From a virus (lineage: Duplodnaviria > Heunggongvirae > Uroviricota > Caudoviricetes), in IMG/VR virus record IMGVR_UViG_3300030434_000006, positions 955 to 64,954 of that record: 64,000 bases of DNA. One strand, given 5' to 3'. The notes below the pieces were generated by a model, which did no database searches, was not told the DNA's origin, and saw nothing but the letters and a program-made list of their open reading frames with translations. Position 1 is the stretch's first letter, and every line of letters begins with the position of its first letter. Both the position numbers and the translations under genes were made by a program. Below are positions 9,134 through 18,820 of this stretch, piece after piece.

Positions 9134-11631
9134 TGAATGAGATTTTAAGCAATCGTATGGTGCTGGACTTCCAGAGCCGCACACCGGGCGCAGTGCTGGC
9201 GCAGGCAGTTTATGACGGCCTGATGACCGGCAGTAGCGCGGATATGATGCTGGAAAGCGCCACGATCGACGATATCGATCACACTTACCTGGGAAGTGAA
9301 AGCCTGGTGCCGGATGCGATGTTTGAAGCAATCAGCACTGAGCGCATGCGTCTGGCGCAAACCATGCGCGCCTTTGTGAAAGCCTTAAACCGTGGCCTGA
9401 ACGGGACCAACATCAGTGCCGGCACTGACGATGCTGGTGCGGATACGACCGGGCAGAAAACCGTGGGCGGCGCGGTGATTGGTAAAGTGCGCCGTGTGGC
9501 CAGCATACCGGTTATGAGTGCGCTGATCCCATTATCAGACGGGCAAAGCGTGTCGCTGGTGTTCCACTCTCCGACCGCTGATAACGGCAAAATCCGCAAT
9601 CAGGATACGCTGGTGGCGTTTCAGTTCCTGATCAACAAGCGCGATGTGACGCACATTGTGGCCCCGATCGGCGGACGGGATGTATCGCTGCAGCAGGTCA
9701 CGCAGGCGCTTTCTAACCTGATCGAGAAGAACACCGGCAAGTTCACAAAGCAGAAGGACGCACAGACGAAGCTGCGCGCCGAAGTGGAAACCACGCAAGC
9801 CGAAACGGACAAGCTGGCGGAGCAGCAGTCTGCACTGCTGGAGGTGGTGGATGCACAAACCGCGCGCGTGCAGATGCAGCAGGATAATGAGCAGACGCTG
9901 CGCGGCAAAGTCGCGGCACAGCGCCAGATTAATGCTGACCTTACCGGACAGCTGGCGGCGCTGCAGCAGGCGAAAGCCAGTGAGCCTGAGAGCACGGACA
10001 CTTTCAGCGATCGCACTATCCAGGTTAAAGCGCGCCTGAACATGGACGGACAGGCGACGCTGAGCAATGGCGCGACGGTCCGATATCACAGCTATGACCA
10101 TGACGGAGAGCTTAAAGGCAAAGTGATCATCATCGAAGCGGACGGGACCACGTTTGAAATGCCGTCCAAATCCAGCCAGGGCGCAGAGATGGGTAAAGCG
10201 GCTACCAAACTGCTGAAAGCCTACCGCACCGGCGCGGCGGAGCCATATCGCATTGCGGCAGGTGCGGCAGCGCCGGTAGAGCCAGAGCCAACGCCTGGCC
10301 AACGTAAGCTGTCAGCGCGTGCCACTGAAATGACCAAAGGCGAAGGTGCGGAGCGTGACGGGCGCCTGCTTATGTCTGTTGAGGGGCCAGAGGACTTCAT
10401 GCGTTATGCAGAGAAGGAGCTGGATAAAGATTTTACTAACTCTCAGACCGAAGAAGCAGGCGAGAAAGAGGGTGATATTGCGCTGTTCTATGGAGTGGAT
10501 CGTGGGGATAAATCGCTCTTTATGGCAGCCTGGAAGCAGCTCAAATCCGACTGGATGAATGGCGCTGAGTTACCTGTAAAAGAACCCGCACCACAGCCAC
10601 AACCTGAACCACAGCCAGAGCCACAACCACAACCACAGCCAGAGCCAGAGCCAGAGCCACAACCGGAACCAGTTACACCCGCAGCCGTCTGGCGCTATGC
10701 GCTGGTAAACCGGCCAGTGGGTATTGGCGCGGTACCGCCTGAATATGCTTCCGTTGCAGACCAGCCAGCAGAAGGCCAGCCATACAGCGGCTTTGCGCGT
10801 AACGGCATTATTTCCTACGACCGTCCACTTACTGACAAAGAGATTGCTGACTTTGAGCTGAAGCTGATCCCGACGCATGCGGATCTCGATGCGCTGGCCG
10901 TAACCGTGGCCGACAAGATGAGCGATTACTCCGCGCAGTATCTGGAAATGTCCGCAGAAGACCCGGACACCTATGCAAAACAGGTGCGTATGGTTGCCCG
11001 TAAAAACCTGACTGGCGTGGCCTACCCTGAAGGCGAAGACCTGACCTACTTCAAACAGGCCATTAATGCCAGATTGCAGACCCTGGCCGCAGGTGAGCCA
11101 AAGCAGGAAGAGACAGACGTGACTGACGACCGTGAAAACACTGACCCATTCTGGATGGCGGCGAAACGCCTGGGCGATCTCGTAGGCTGGGCGTCTGACC
11201 TGGTAAATGCCTGGGCCGAAGCGCTGGGTTATGGCAGTGAGCAGATCAAGCAGGCAGCGGACTACGTGGAAGCTAATCAGAGTCCTGAGTATCTGAAGGC
11301 AGCGGAGACCGCGATGATTACCGGCAAGCGTATTCCGCTGGTGGAGGAACTGAGCACAGGAGAGCCACAGCCAGAACCGCAGCCAGCACCGGAACCAGTG
11401 CCGGAAGCTGACACCGAAGCACAGAAGGCGATTGATTACCTCCAGGGACTGACCGCGCTCGATACCGACGATATGGACGTGATCCGCGCTGGGCGTAGCC
11501 AGGTCCGTGAAGCCATCGCAGCACTGACGGCCGCGGGCGTGTTCGATGAAAACGAGTCCCTGGTCAATGACGCCGTGCAGCACCTGAGCGATCTGCTGGT
11601 GGCCGTGCAGCGTAATGGGGTGGCCGCATGA
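9130..11631 (+). CDS. large internal-head-protein candidate (DarA-position) with PQPE linkers
   Basis: 833 aa; two proline-rich linkers (PQPEPQPEPQPQPQPEPEPEPQPEP and EPQPEPQPAPEPVPE); the size and order match P1 darA. Confidence 0.35.
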   Translation: MMNEILSNRMVLDFQSRTPGAVLAQAVYDGLMTGSSADMMLESATIDDIDHTYLGSESLVPDAMFEAISTERMRLAQTMRAFVKALNRGLNGTNISAGTDDAGADTTGQKTVGGAVIGKVRRVASIPVMSALIPLSDGQSVSLVFHSPTADNGKIRNQDTLVAFQFLINKRDVTHIVAPIGGRDVSLQQVTQALSNLIEKNTGKFTKQKDAQTKLRAEVETTQAETDKLAEQQSALLEVVDAQTARVQMQQDNEQTLRGKVAAQRQINADLTGQLAALQQAKASEPESTDTFSDRTIQVKARLNMDGQATLSNGATVRYHSYDHDGELKGKVIIIEADGTTFEMPSKSSQGAEMGKAATKLLKAYRTGAAEPYRIAAGAAAPVEPEPTPGQRKLSARATEMTKGEGAERDGRLLMSVEGPEDFMRYAEKELDKDFTNSQTEEAGEKEGDIALFYGVDRGDKSLFMAAWKQLKSDWMNGAELPVKEPAPQPQPEPQPEPQPQPQPEPEPEPQPEPVTPAAVWRYALVNRPVGIGAVPPEYASVADQPAEGQPYSGFARNGIISYDRPLTDKEIADFELKLIPTHADLDALAVTVADKMSDYSAQYLEMSAEDPDTYAKQVRMVARKNLTGVAYPEGEDLTYFKQAINARLQTLAAGEPKQEETDVTDDRENTDPFWMAAKRLGDLVGWASDLVNAWAEALGYGSEQIKQAADYVEANQSPEYLKAAETAMITGKRIPLVEELSTGEPQPEPQPAPEPVPEADTEAQKAIDYLQGLTALDTDDMDVIRAGRSQVREAIAALTAAGVFDENESLVNDAVQHLSDLLVAVQRNGVAA
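10590..10672 (+). repeat. tandem hexanucleotide repeat (CCACAG/CCAGAG/CCACAA)n encoding the PQPE linker
   Basis: about 14 near-identical 6-bp units read directly in the sequence. Confidence 0.8.
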
Positions 11632-12023
11632 GCCTGACCGCACTGCAAAAGCTGGACTTAGCCGACCAGCTGGACGAACTGATCATTAAAGCGCCGACCG
11701 TGAAGGGGCTGGACCTGCTGGATCTCAATGACCAGATGGAGGCGATCATGCTCCAGCTGGGTTATGGCGCTGCGCCAGCACCCGCCACCAGCGAACCGGC
11801 ACCCGCGCCGGTCACTGAGCCACAGCCGGATTCCGTGAAGGAAGATCAGCCCGTTCCCGAAGTGGTTACTGACTTTCTGGCCGGTAAGTTCACCAGCCAG
11901 GCGCAGCTGGATTTTGTTGAGACGCTGCGCCGTGTCGGGGACTACATCGGCGTTTATCTGGAGCTGGACGACGCGAGACAACAGACCGCCAGCTGGATAG
12001 CTGCCAGCGGCCTCGCTGCTTAA
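11628..12023 (+). CDS. hypothetical protein (DdrA-position)
   Basis: 131 aa; ATGA overlap with the previous gene; contains a PAPAPATSEPAPAPVTEPQP linker. Confidence 0.3.
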   Translation: MSLTALQKLDLADQLDELIIKAPTVKGLDLLDLNDQMEAIMLQLGYGAAPAPATSEPAPAPVTEPQPDSVKEDQPVPEVVTDFLAGKFTSQAQLDFVETLRRVGDYIGVYLELDDARQQTASWIAASGLAA

Positions 12024-12027
12024 TCAA

Positions 12028-12052
12028 CACCCCGTTTCGGCGGGGTTTTTTA
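12028..12052 (+). terminator. rho-independent terminator (possibly partial)
   Basis: ccccg-tttcgg-cgggg followed by T6. Confidence 0.55.
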
Positions 12053-12066
12053 TTCCCGGAATCATA

Positions 12067-13446
12067 ATGCTGAACGAGAAATTACGAAATCTGCTGAGCG
12101 ATGCTGGCAGCATATTTGCCCTGATTGGGCTGGTGGGCTCACTGCGCAAAGCGCAGACCACAACGGGGCGATCGTCATACGTCGTGACCGGTAAAGGGCA
12201 GGAAGTAAAGACGGCGTTTAAGGTGGTGGATGCGCGCCACCTGATTATCTCTAATAACCTCGACGGCACCATAAACCCGCTTTTCCCGGCTGAGCTGCAG
12301 CCACGCGACCGCACGCGCCTGACCAGTAAAGTGCAGGTCTCCAAAATCGCGGGCAACCTCCGACCGGCGAAGCTGACCGATTCAGGCATGAGCAGCCACG
12401 GCGCGCCAATCGTGGGCGCTGATAACGTGGTTGAGTCGGGCAATGGCCGCTCGATGGGGATCACCCGCGCTTATGAGCAGGGACAAGCCGACGAGTACCG
12501 GCAGTATCTGATCGACCACGCAAAAGACTACGGCCTGAAAGCGTCGGATATCGCGCAGATGGACATGCCGGTACTGGTGCGTGAGCGCATTACCGACGTT
12601 GACCGTGCGCAGTTTGCGAAAGACTCCAACCTCTCCGATTTGCAGGAAATGGCGGCGAGTGAGAAGGCCTTTGTCGATGCCGAAATGCTCGATGAGCGTC
12701 TGATGGCCATCTTCAATCCGTCCGACGACGGCAACCTTCTGGCACGCTCAAACGACGGCTTTATCCGGGCATTCATGAAAGAGATTGGCGACACAGCGAC
12801 CGCAGGCCTGCTCACCGAAGATGGGCGCCCGACGAAGCAGCTGATTGACCGTATGCAGAATGCGATCTTTGCCCGTGCCTACAAAGACGAGCGGCTGGTT
12901 AAGCTGGTATCCGAAGAGCCGGACCCGGAAATGCGCAATATCCTGACAGCGCTCAACACGGCGGCAAGCGAGTTTGCACAGATGCAGATGCTATCCGGCG
13001 ATGTTCACCGGCAGGCCGTCACCGGGCTGGTGGACGGGGTGCAGTCGGTGGATGGTCTCGATCAGCAGGCTATCGCCGCGTTGCAGGATGCTATCAAGCT
13101 GGTTCGCCAGGCTAAAGACAGCGGGCAGGCCATACAGGAAGTGCTGGCGCAACAGGGGCTGTTTGAGGAATCCAGTAAAGAGGCCGAAGCGCTGGCGCTG
13201 TTTATCGTGGCAAACAATCGCAGTGCGAAACGCATAGGGACCGCGTTTAAAAAGATGGCGCAGAAGATTAACGACGAGCTGTTACACCAGCAGCAGGCGC
13301 TGGGGGATATGTTCGGCGGCGGTGATCTGACGCTGACCGACGTCCTCACCGCTGTATCCGGGGAGATCGAAGAGGAGTTTGGCGAAGGTAAAGGCATAAA
13401 TTTTGCCATGTTCGAATCCGCAGCCGTACCTGAGAGCGTTTCGTAG
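12067..13446 (+). CDS. hypothetical protein (DdrB-position, last gene of the dar-like operon)
   Basis: 459 aa, acidic; no motif recognised. Confidence 0.3.
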   Translation: MLNEKLRNLLSDAGSIFALIGLVGSLRKAQTTTGRSSYVVTGKGQEVKTAFKVVDARHLIISNNLDGTINPLFPAELQPRDRTRLTSKVQVSKIAGNLRPAKLTDSGMSSHGAPIVGADNVVESGNGRSMGITRAYEQGQADEYRQYLIDHAKDYGLKASDIAQMDMPVLVRERITDVDRAQFAKDSNLSDLQEMAASEKAFVDAEMLDERLMAIFNPSDDGNLLARSNDGFIRAFMKEIGDTATAGLLTEDGRPTKQLIDRMQNAIFARAYKDERLVKLVSEEPDPEMRNILTALNTAASEFAQMQMLSGDVHRQAVTGLVDGVQSVDGLDQQAIAALQDAIKLVRQAKDSGQAIQEVLAQQGLFEESSKEAEALALFIVANNRSAKRIGTAFKKMAQKINDELLHQQQALGDMFGGGDLTLTDVLTAVSGEIEEEFGEGKGINFAMFESAAVPESVS

Positions 13447-13465
13447 TACCCCAGCATTTTTAATA

Positions 13466-13489
13466 TGGCCACGCAATGTGGCCTTTTTC
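13466..13489 (+). terminator. rho-independent terminator
   Basis: ggccac-gcaat-gtggcc followed by T5. Confidence 0.7.
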
Positions 13490-13497
13490 CCATCGGA

Positions 13498-13515
13498 AAT
13501 TACAAACTCCATACA
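13498..13515 (+). promoter_or_regulatory. late-operon conserved element AATTACAAACTCCATACA (copy 3)
   Basis: ends 36 nt before the endolysin ATG at 13552. Confidence 0.5.
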
Positions 13516-13551
13516 GTCAGGCTCTTCAACAACACAGAGAGCGGAACCATC

Positions 13552-14043
13552 ATGGACCAATCCCCGAACCGTAAAGCCTTTGGCGACATGCTGGCCTTTT
13601 CCGAAGGCACCAGTACACACCCGTTAACCCGTATGCGCGGCTACGACGTCATCGTGACCGGGCTGGGCGAAAAGCAGGGCGAAATCTTCACCGATTTCAG
13701 CGATCACCCGTTTGCACATCGTCAGGCAAAACAGATTAATCACAGCGGCCTGGCATCAACCGCAGCGGGCCGCTATCAGCAGCTTTACCGCTACTGGCCT
13801 GCCTACAAAAAGCAGCTGAGCCTGCCTGATTTTAGTCCCGCCTCACAGGAGCGATTACTCGATCAGCTGCTGAAAGAACAGGGTGCTTATGCCGACATTC
13901 TGGCTGGGCGGATCCGCACGGCGATCGGCAAAACCAACGATATCTGGGCATCGCTCACCGGTTCTCCTTATGGTCAGAAAACGCACAAGATTGATGTGCT
14001 GCTGACGGCCTATGTGAACGCTGGTGGCACAGTTACCGACTAA
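13552..14043 (+). CDS. endolysin, lambda R-type lytic transglycosylase (GH104)
   Basis: NRKAFGDMLAFSEGT, GYDVIV, FTDFSDHP, AAGRYQ, LSLPDFSP.SQ, IWASL and GGTV align residue-by-residue with lambda R; internal ATG at 13552 chosen (SD AGAGAG). Confidence 0.85.
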   Translation: MDQSPNRKAFGDMLAFSEGTSTHPLTRMRGYDVIVTGLGEKQGEIFTDFSDHPFAHRQAKQINHSGLASTAAGRYQQLYRYWPAYKKQLSLPDFSPASQERLLDQLLKEQGAYADILAGRIRTAIGKTNDIWASLTGSPYGQKTHKIDVLLTAYVNAGGTVTD

Positions 14044-14930
14044 TAGCAGCGAAAGCCTTCAGGCATGACTGAGTAATCCACACCCGCCGAAAAGCTGCCG
14101 CTCAATGGGTCAGAGTAGCGGCGGCCTTTCGGCTTCCTGCCACCAGCAGGCTTTGCCCTGAAGGTAGACTTCAGCGCCTGGTAGGCTTCATGCAGTACAC
14201 CGCCTTTTCGTTGAAAATCTTCAGCGCTACGTTCGTTCTGCGCAGCTGACGACGCAGCCGCCAGCTGCTTTTGCGTGTTCTGGTAGAACCCGAATTTTTT
14301 CACCGCAGCCGATTGTGATTCTGACGATTTTTCAACCACAGAGTTTAATGGCTCCCCATTTTGTATTTCTCTTTTACTGGAGGGATCTCTTAATTCTTGT
14401 TGGTCAGTTTGACCAGGGGGATCCTGTTCATTCTGACTAGGGGGGCTGTGGATAAAATCGTTTTTAAAGAAGGCGTTAGCGATGACTCTCCGGACTATGA
14501 TCTGGCGTCCGGACGGCTTCAGATTTGCCTCTTTCAGGGCTTCCAGGCTGGCCCGGACAAAGGACAGCGCTTTACTGGTAAACGTGTATTTGCTGGGCTT
14601 GCTGACGCTGTGATTTTTCTCGTCACGCTGCTCTTCATAGCTGAGGATCCCCAGCTTGACGGCTGCACGATAAGCACGCTGAACGGTAGAGATACTACAA
14701 CCGGCTTCTTCTGCCAGATTCCTGAGCGATTTGATAATGATGAAATCGGACGTGGAACCGGCCAGATTGCAGGCGAATTTTAAAACACGGGTAACTGACT
14801 TCGGGAGGGGGGAAAGTTCGATAATGTGGGTGAGATCAAAGCCTGTAATTCGGACAGATCTGTGCTCGTTATTTGAGCGAAATGCGGGAAAAGTGTTGCC
14901 GGGATCGGCGCTTTTAGCTACTATAGACAC
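14040..14930 (-). CDS. HTH DNA-binding protein with low-complexity S/Q-rich C-terminal half
   Basis: 296 aa; helix-turn-helix-like segment CSISTVQRAYRAAVKLGIL; function unknown (regulator or initiator-like). Confidence 0.3.
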   Translation of the reverse strand: MSIVAKSADPGNTFPAFRSNNEHRSVRITGFDLTHIIELSPLPKSVTRVLKFACNLAGSTSDFIIIKSLRNLAEEAGCSISTVQRAYRAAVKLGILSYEEQRDEKNHSVSKPSKYTFTSKALSFVRASLEALKEANLKPSGRQIIVRRVIANAFFKNDFIHSPPSQNEQDPPGQTDQQELRDPSSKREIQNGEPLNSVVEKSSESQSAAVKKFGFYQNTQKQLAAASSAAQNERSAEDFQRKGGVLHEAYQALKSTFRAKPAGGRKPKGRRYSDPLSGSFSAGVDYSVMPEGFRCY

Positions 14931-15293
14931 GCTTTTGAGTCCTTGATATTTGGGACATGGACATGCCTTAATTCCTTGCTACTGAGAATTAAGAGATGAT
15001 GTCCTCCACGAGACAGCAGGTGCAATGCCTGAGTCAGTGGTTTAAAAGCAACTTCCGACCAAAGAAGTTGTACGGCACAACGCCGGTGTGGTCTCGACAA
15101 CCACACAAAGTTGTTTAAAAATCGTCTGCGCTAACAGGCGATTTTTTTTCGTCCTCACATTCAGTCGCCAAACTGAATTTGAGCGCGGATAATAAACGCG
15201 ATCCGATAAAGGATCAACACTCAGTTTTTTCCTAATTTTTAGTTTTGACTAAAACGTGCCCCAGTTTTCAGGGCACGATTTCTTTTCCCCTTC

Positions 15294-16295
15294 TTATCGT
15301 GTGTTAATCCACAGCAGCGGTGCTGAGTCCACGGCTGGCGGGCGCGTCTCTGGTAATGTGTGCTGGTGGGCGGTTCCGATCGGCAGCGTGGCCGTCGCAT
15401 TTGTACCGATTGATTCCAGCATTGCCGCGACGATCTGCGCATCTTCCGGCGTGTCCATCCGGCATAGTGCCGCCTGCTGGGCTTTACTTAAAAAAAGCGG
15501 CATGTTAGCCAGCGCATCCTTCATAATCCGGCGGCGCGCCTTTGCAACAGTACCTGCACTCTCGAGCATTAGCTGCGCGTTGCGCAGACGTTCCTCCAGC
15601 TCCAGACGCTTTCCATGCTCGATGTGAAGCGCAGATTCCATCAGCGAAGAATCCGCAGACTCTAGCATTGCCGCCTGGCCGCGCAGGGTTTCAAAATGCT
15701 GGATAATGTCGGCCGCCTGGTTCTCCGAATACCCCTTTTCAATCAGGCCCGCTTGCATAGCGTCGGCGCGTTCGCTGGCCGACTCCAGCAGCAGAGCTGG
15801 GTGATCCTGACTGATATAGTTCGGATTGGTCACATAATCGAAGCCGTGGAAGCTGGTCACTTTGGAAATGGCGTTATCATCACCACCTGTCGCCCACGAC
15901 CAGCCACCAGCGCGGGAACGGTTCATGCCGTCAACGATGTTGCCAGGCTCAGTGTCCAGAATCTCCTGAACGTGAGTCACAATGCCGTTATCGTCCACGC
16001 TGACATCCAGCGTACGGTTAGACGGTACGTTTTCCAGCGTCACCGGTTTCCCATCAACCATGACAACCGCAAATTCCGGCAGATTGAGCCGCCCGGTCTT
16101 AGCGTAATAGGCGGCGCGACGTCCGTGGCCGTAATATCCGAACATTTCCCCCAGCTGGATTCTCTCCAGAGTTTCGGGGCTGGCGAACGTCTCGCGGACA
16201 GAGCGCAGCAGGTAGTTGCGATCATTCTGTGGAGTAAATCGACGAATTTTATCAATCAATGAAAAACGATCCGTCACCGTACGGAGTGCTTCCAT
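15294..16295 (-). CDS. head morphogenesis protein (P1 Pro-position; protease/scaffold candidate)
   Basis: 333 aa; adjacent to the 565-aa head gene and to darB as in P1 darB-prt-pro; preceded by a late element. Confidence 0.3.
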   Translation of the reverse strand: MEALRTVTDRFSLIDKIRRFTPQNDRNYLLRSVRETFASPETLERIQLGEMFGYYGHGRRAAYYAKTGRLNLPEFAVVMVDGKPVTLENVPSNRTLDVSVDDNGIVTHVQEILDTEPGNIVDGMNRSRAGGWSWATGGDDNAISKVTSFHGFDYVTNPNYISQDHPALLLESASERADAMQAGLIEKGYSENQAADIIQHFETLRGQAAMLESADSSLMESALHIEHGKRLELEERLRNAQLMLESAGTVAKARRRIMKDALANMPLFLSKAQQAALCRMDTPEDAQIVAAMLESIGTNATATLPIGTAHQHTLPETRPPAVDSAPLLWINTR

Positions 16296-16367
16296 AAATA
16301 CCTCATATTCACAGGGTTATGCCCCGCAGAGCGGCGGCAGCGCTGGCGATAGCCTGCGTGAAAAGAT

Positions 16368-16385
16368 GGTAGGGAGGTTGTAATT
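16368..16385 (-). promoter_or_regulatory. late-operon conserved element AATTACAACCTCCCTACC (copy 5, minus strand)
   Basis: 16/18 match to the consensus; 73 nt upstream of the ATG at 16295 on the minus strand. Confidence 0.4.
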
Positions 16386-16426
16386 TATCGGGGTAGCGAT
16401 TCTTCGATTATCAGTGGATCTAATAA

Positions 16427-16442
16427 CCAGTGGATAATTTCA
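16427..16442 (-). promoter_or_regulatory. TGAAATTATCCACTGG element (family copy d)
   Basis: 15/16 identical to the copies at 36835 and 57099; contains a DnaA-box-like TTATCCACT. Confidence 0.4.
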
Positions 16443-16504
16443 TATTAGAAATATTGAATTTATCCGCGCCGGGGATATAGTGTGCGCGCCACTGTAAAAC
16501 AGTG

Positions 16505-16722
16505 GTCGGGATTGGAACCCCGAACGAATGTACGAGGAGGCACTTAGTGCCTCCGGCGCTACCACGTCTGGAGTTTGCCAGATGTTTCAATGGTGGCGTT
16601 GGCGGGGCTACCTTCGGGTAGGCCGGTCTCCTCGTACGCCGGTAGTTCCAACCCTGTCAACGTCACCACCCGGAGATTGGAACCTCCCGTAGTGACGCTT
16701 CCTTTTGTACGAGGAGCACTCC
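16505..16722 (+). promoter_or_regulatory. repeat-rich leader with a W/R-rich small upstream ORF
   Basis: three copies (two direct, one inverted) of GATTGGAACC..GTACGAGGAG; the SD of the gene at 16723 lies inside the third copy and is complementary to the inverted copy CTCCTCGTAC; uORF at 16582..16692 begins MFQWWRWRGYLRV. Confidence 0.4.
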
Positions 16723-16980
16723 ATGCCTGATATCCCTTATACGCCGTCCCAGGCAGTGCTTAGGTTCGCCAATGCCATGCTTGCCATAAGCCAGACAGAC
16801 AGTAGCATCTGTCGCCGTGCCAAATGGGGTGATAAACCTATTCACGTATTTACGCAGGCCGACTCAGACAGCCAGATGCAATTTATATTCATGGGCGAGT
16901 CCGGCGCGTTATCAATTTATGATCCAACACCTGAAGATATTTTGTCAGCCGACTGGCAGGTTATTTCGCTTCTGCACTGA
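16723..16980 (+). CDS. small protein, possible DUF2829/Tad2-like fold
   Basis: 85 aa from ATG 16723 (SD GAGGAG); CRRAKWGDKPIHVF and DILSADWQVI resemble DUF2829 motifs KVARKGWNGKG and DLLAEDWEIV (from memory). Confidence 0.3.
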   Translation: MPDIPYTPSQAVLRFANAMLAISQTDSSICRRAKWGDKPIHVFTQADSDSQMQFIFMGESGALSIYDPTPEDILSADWQVISLLH

Positions 16981-17043
16981 GAAGGTTGGATTAGCCGCGC
17001 AGGATCAGCTCATGTGCGGCTATGAATAATATTCAGCCTGACT

Positions 17044-18741
17044 TTATTTGTCTGGTGAGGTTACAAAACGAGCAAAGGCTATGAGTTCTTCACGGGACCA
17101 GCTGGCCGGATCACTGCCGTCAGGAGCAGATTCATTCATCATGCCGCCGCCGCCCTCATCCTCCTGAGCGTCCGCTTTCTTCCTGCTCTTCTCAAACTCC
17201 GCTAGCATTTTGTCGAGCGTGCCGCCGTCCATCTTCAGCTGATCACTGAACAGGTAGCGCATGAATGTGTCGTTCTCCGCCAGCTTGTTGTTGGCCTGCA
17301 GCGCATCCATGACCTGCACCATCAGGGTAATGAAGTTGGCGCGGGCGTCCATTTCGCGGCTTTCTTCTTCCTGAATGGCGGTGTTCATCGAGTTGAACTG
17401 AACTACATAGGGCCGATCCTTAACCGGGTAAACCTTGCCGTATTTGAACGCCAGGTGAATATCGATCAGCCGGTAAATCATTTCCTGCGCGCCCTGTCGC
17501 AGCCACTGCGCCCGGAGTGCCGCCTGTATAGCCGTCTGAATCCAGCCGCCTTCACCCAGCCCGCCCGCCATCTGATCGGCCCACCCCAGCATAGTCGAGT
17601 CGATACCGAGCGCAGCGCACAGCTGGCGCAGGTGAAACATCACGTCCTCAATGCCGGTAATGTCCGCGGGTATCGACTGCGTGTCGATCGTAATGCCGTT
17701 TTTACCGTCTCCCATCACCGGGATCACATGGTTCATCACGGTTGGCATAGTGTTGCCGTTAACCGCTTTTTTCTGGAGTGCTTCGCCGTGGCGCTTGAGC
17801 GTCTGCGACACAGTGCGGGTGTAGTTCGCACCGACAACCGGATCGAGTGAGTTGGTTGTCAGGGCAATCAGGCGGTCAATTTTGGCGGCGTTGTAGCGCG
17901 TTGCCTTCAGCGCATTCAGCGCGCCGACCAGATTCAGGAAAGGCTCATAGGCATGCGCCAGGAAGCTAGTGCCGTAATTCTGCGTCTCCGCAACCTCCTT
18001 GTCCTCTTCCTCTGATAGCAGAGAGTAACCACGATTGCCGGACGTCACGGGCTGAACGTTGCGCGTCGGGGTCCAGTACGGATTTTTCATCGGGACCAGA
18101 GACCACGGCGTAGATAGTGTGCGGGTATGGGTGTCTGGCGAAAGCACATAATCCCCGCCGAAGCCCACCAGCTGATCGCCTTTGTAAAACTCCTGAATGA
18201 AGTAGGGCAACGAGTAATAGCTATTTTCCAGGCTGGTGATCCCTTTCCCTGAGCGGGCATAAGGGCGCACATAGGACACGCCGAAAATCGCCATTGTCAT
18301 AGCCAGCGACGGCAGGTGTCGGTTAATCATCGCGCCCAAATCATCCTGTAGCTCTTTGGCCCGCGCCGCGCCTTCTGCGTCGGACGGGTCAACCGGCACA
18401 ATAGAGAACGCCAGCCCGGTTTTTTTGTCCGGCGCGAGTGCGTGGCCAATGTGGATATTCAGAGCGGCTGAGCACGTTGGGCTATTCGCCATTTCTTCCA
18501 GAATCGCATAGCGCTGCAGCCTGTCCAGCGGCAGCTCCGCGCCCAGGAAAAGACTGTCGCCGGCGGAAGTCATTTCCCCGGCATTTCCCTCTTTGTAGGC
18601 CATTGCCGCCAGCCCGGAGCGCGAGACGACCACGTTCTGTCCGTTGGTCCATGCGAGGCTTTGCGGTGCTTCTGCTGCCGCGCCCCGGAATGCCTGCCTC
18701 AATGCGCTTAAAACAGACAGTGCCTTATTTTTAGTAGCCAA
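17044..18741 (-). CDS. portal protein candidate (or major head protein)
   Basis: 565 aa minus-strand structural gene between the 333-aa head gene and darB (P1 prt position); no motif certain. Confidence 0.35.
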   Translation of the reverse strand: MATKNKALSVLSALRQAFRGAAAEAPQSLAWTNGQNVVVSRSGLAAMAYKEGNAGEMTSAGDSLFLGAELPLDRLQRYAILEEMANSPTCSAALNIHIGHALAPDKKTGLAFSIVPVDPSDAEGAARAKELQDDLGAMINRHLPSLAMTMAIFGVSYVRPYARSGKGITSLENSYYSLPYFIQEFYKGDQLVGFGGDYVLSPDTHTRTLSTPWSLVPMKNPYWTPTRNVQPVTSGNRGYSLLSEEEDKEVAETQNYGTSFLAHAYEPFLNLVGALNALKATRYNAAKIDRLIALTTNSLDPVVGANYTRTVSQTLKRHGEALQKKAVNGNTMPTVMNHVIPVMGDGKNGITIDTQSIPADITGIEDVMFHLRQLCAALGIDSTMLGWADQMAGGLGEGGWIQTAIQAALRAQWLRQGAQEMIYRLIDIHLAFKYGKVYPVKDRPYVVQFNSMNTAIQEEESREMDARANFITLMVQVMDALQANNKLAENDTFMRYLFSDQLKMDGGTLDKMLAEFEKSRKKADAQEDEGGGGMMNESAPDGSDPASWSREELIAFARFVTSPDK

Positions 18742-18820
18742 AGTTATACGCCCTATTTAATAAACCTTTAGAATCAGATAAAGCATATTCGCTTTATGCA
18801 ATCTGAGGAAAAGTTACACA

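Noticed and set aside
10570-11643. 357-aa minus-strand ORF with (WL)n repeats
   Set aside because: Antisense shadow of the PQPE hexanucleotide repeat inside the 833-aa gene; no independent signals
16705-16722. TTG start at 16705 for the 85-aa gene (as in the ORF track, giving MYEEHS...)
   Set aside because: The ATG at 16723 has a canonical GAGGAG SD at 6-nt spacing; TTG is unnecessary
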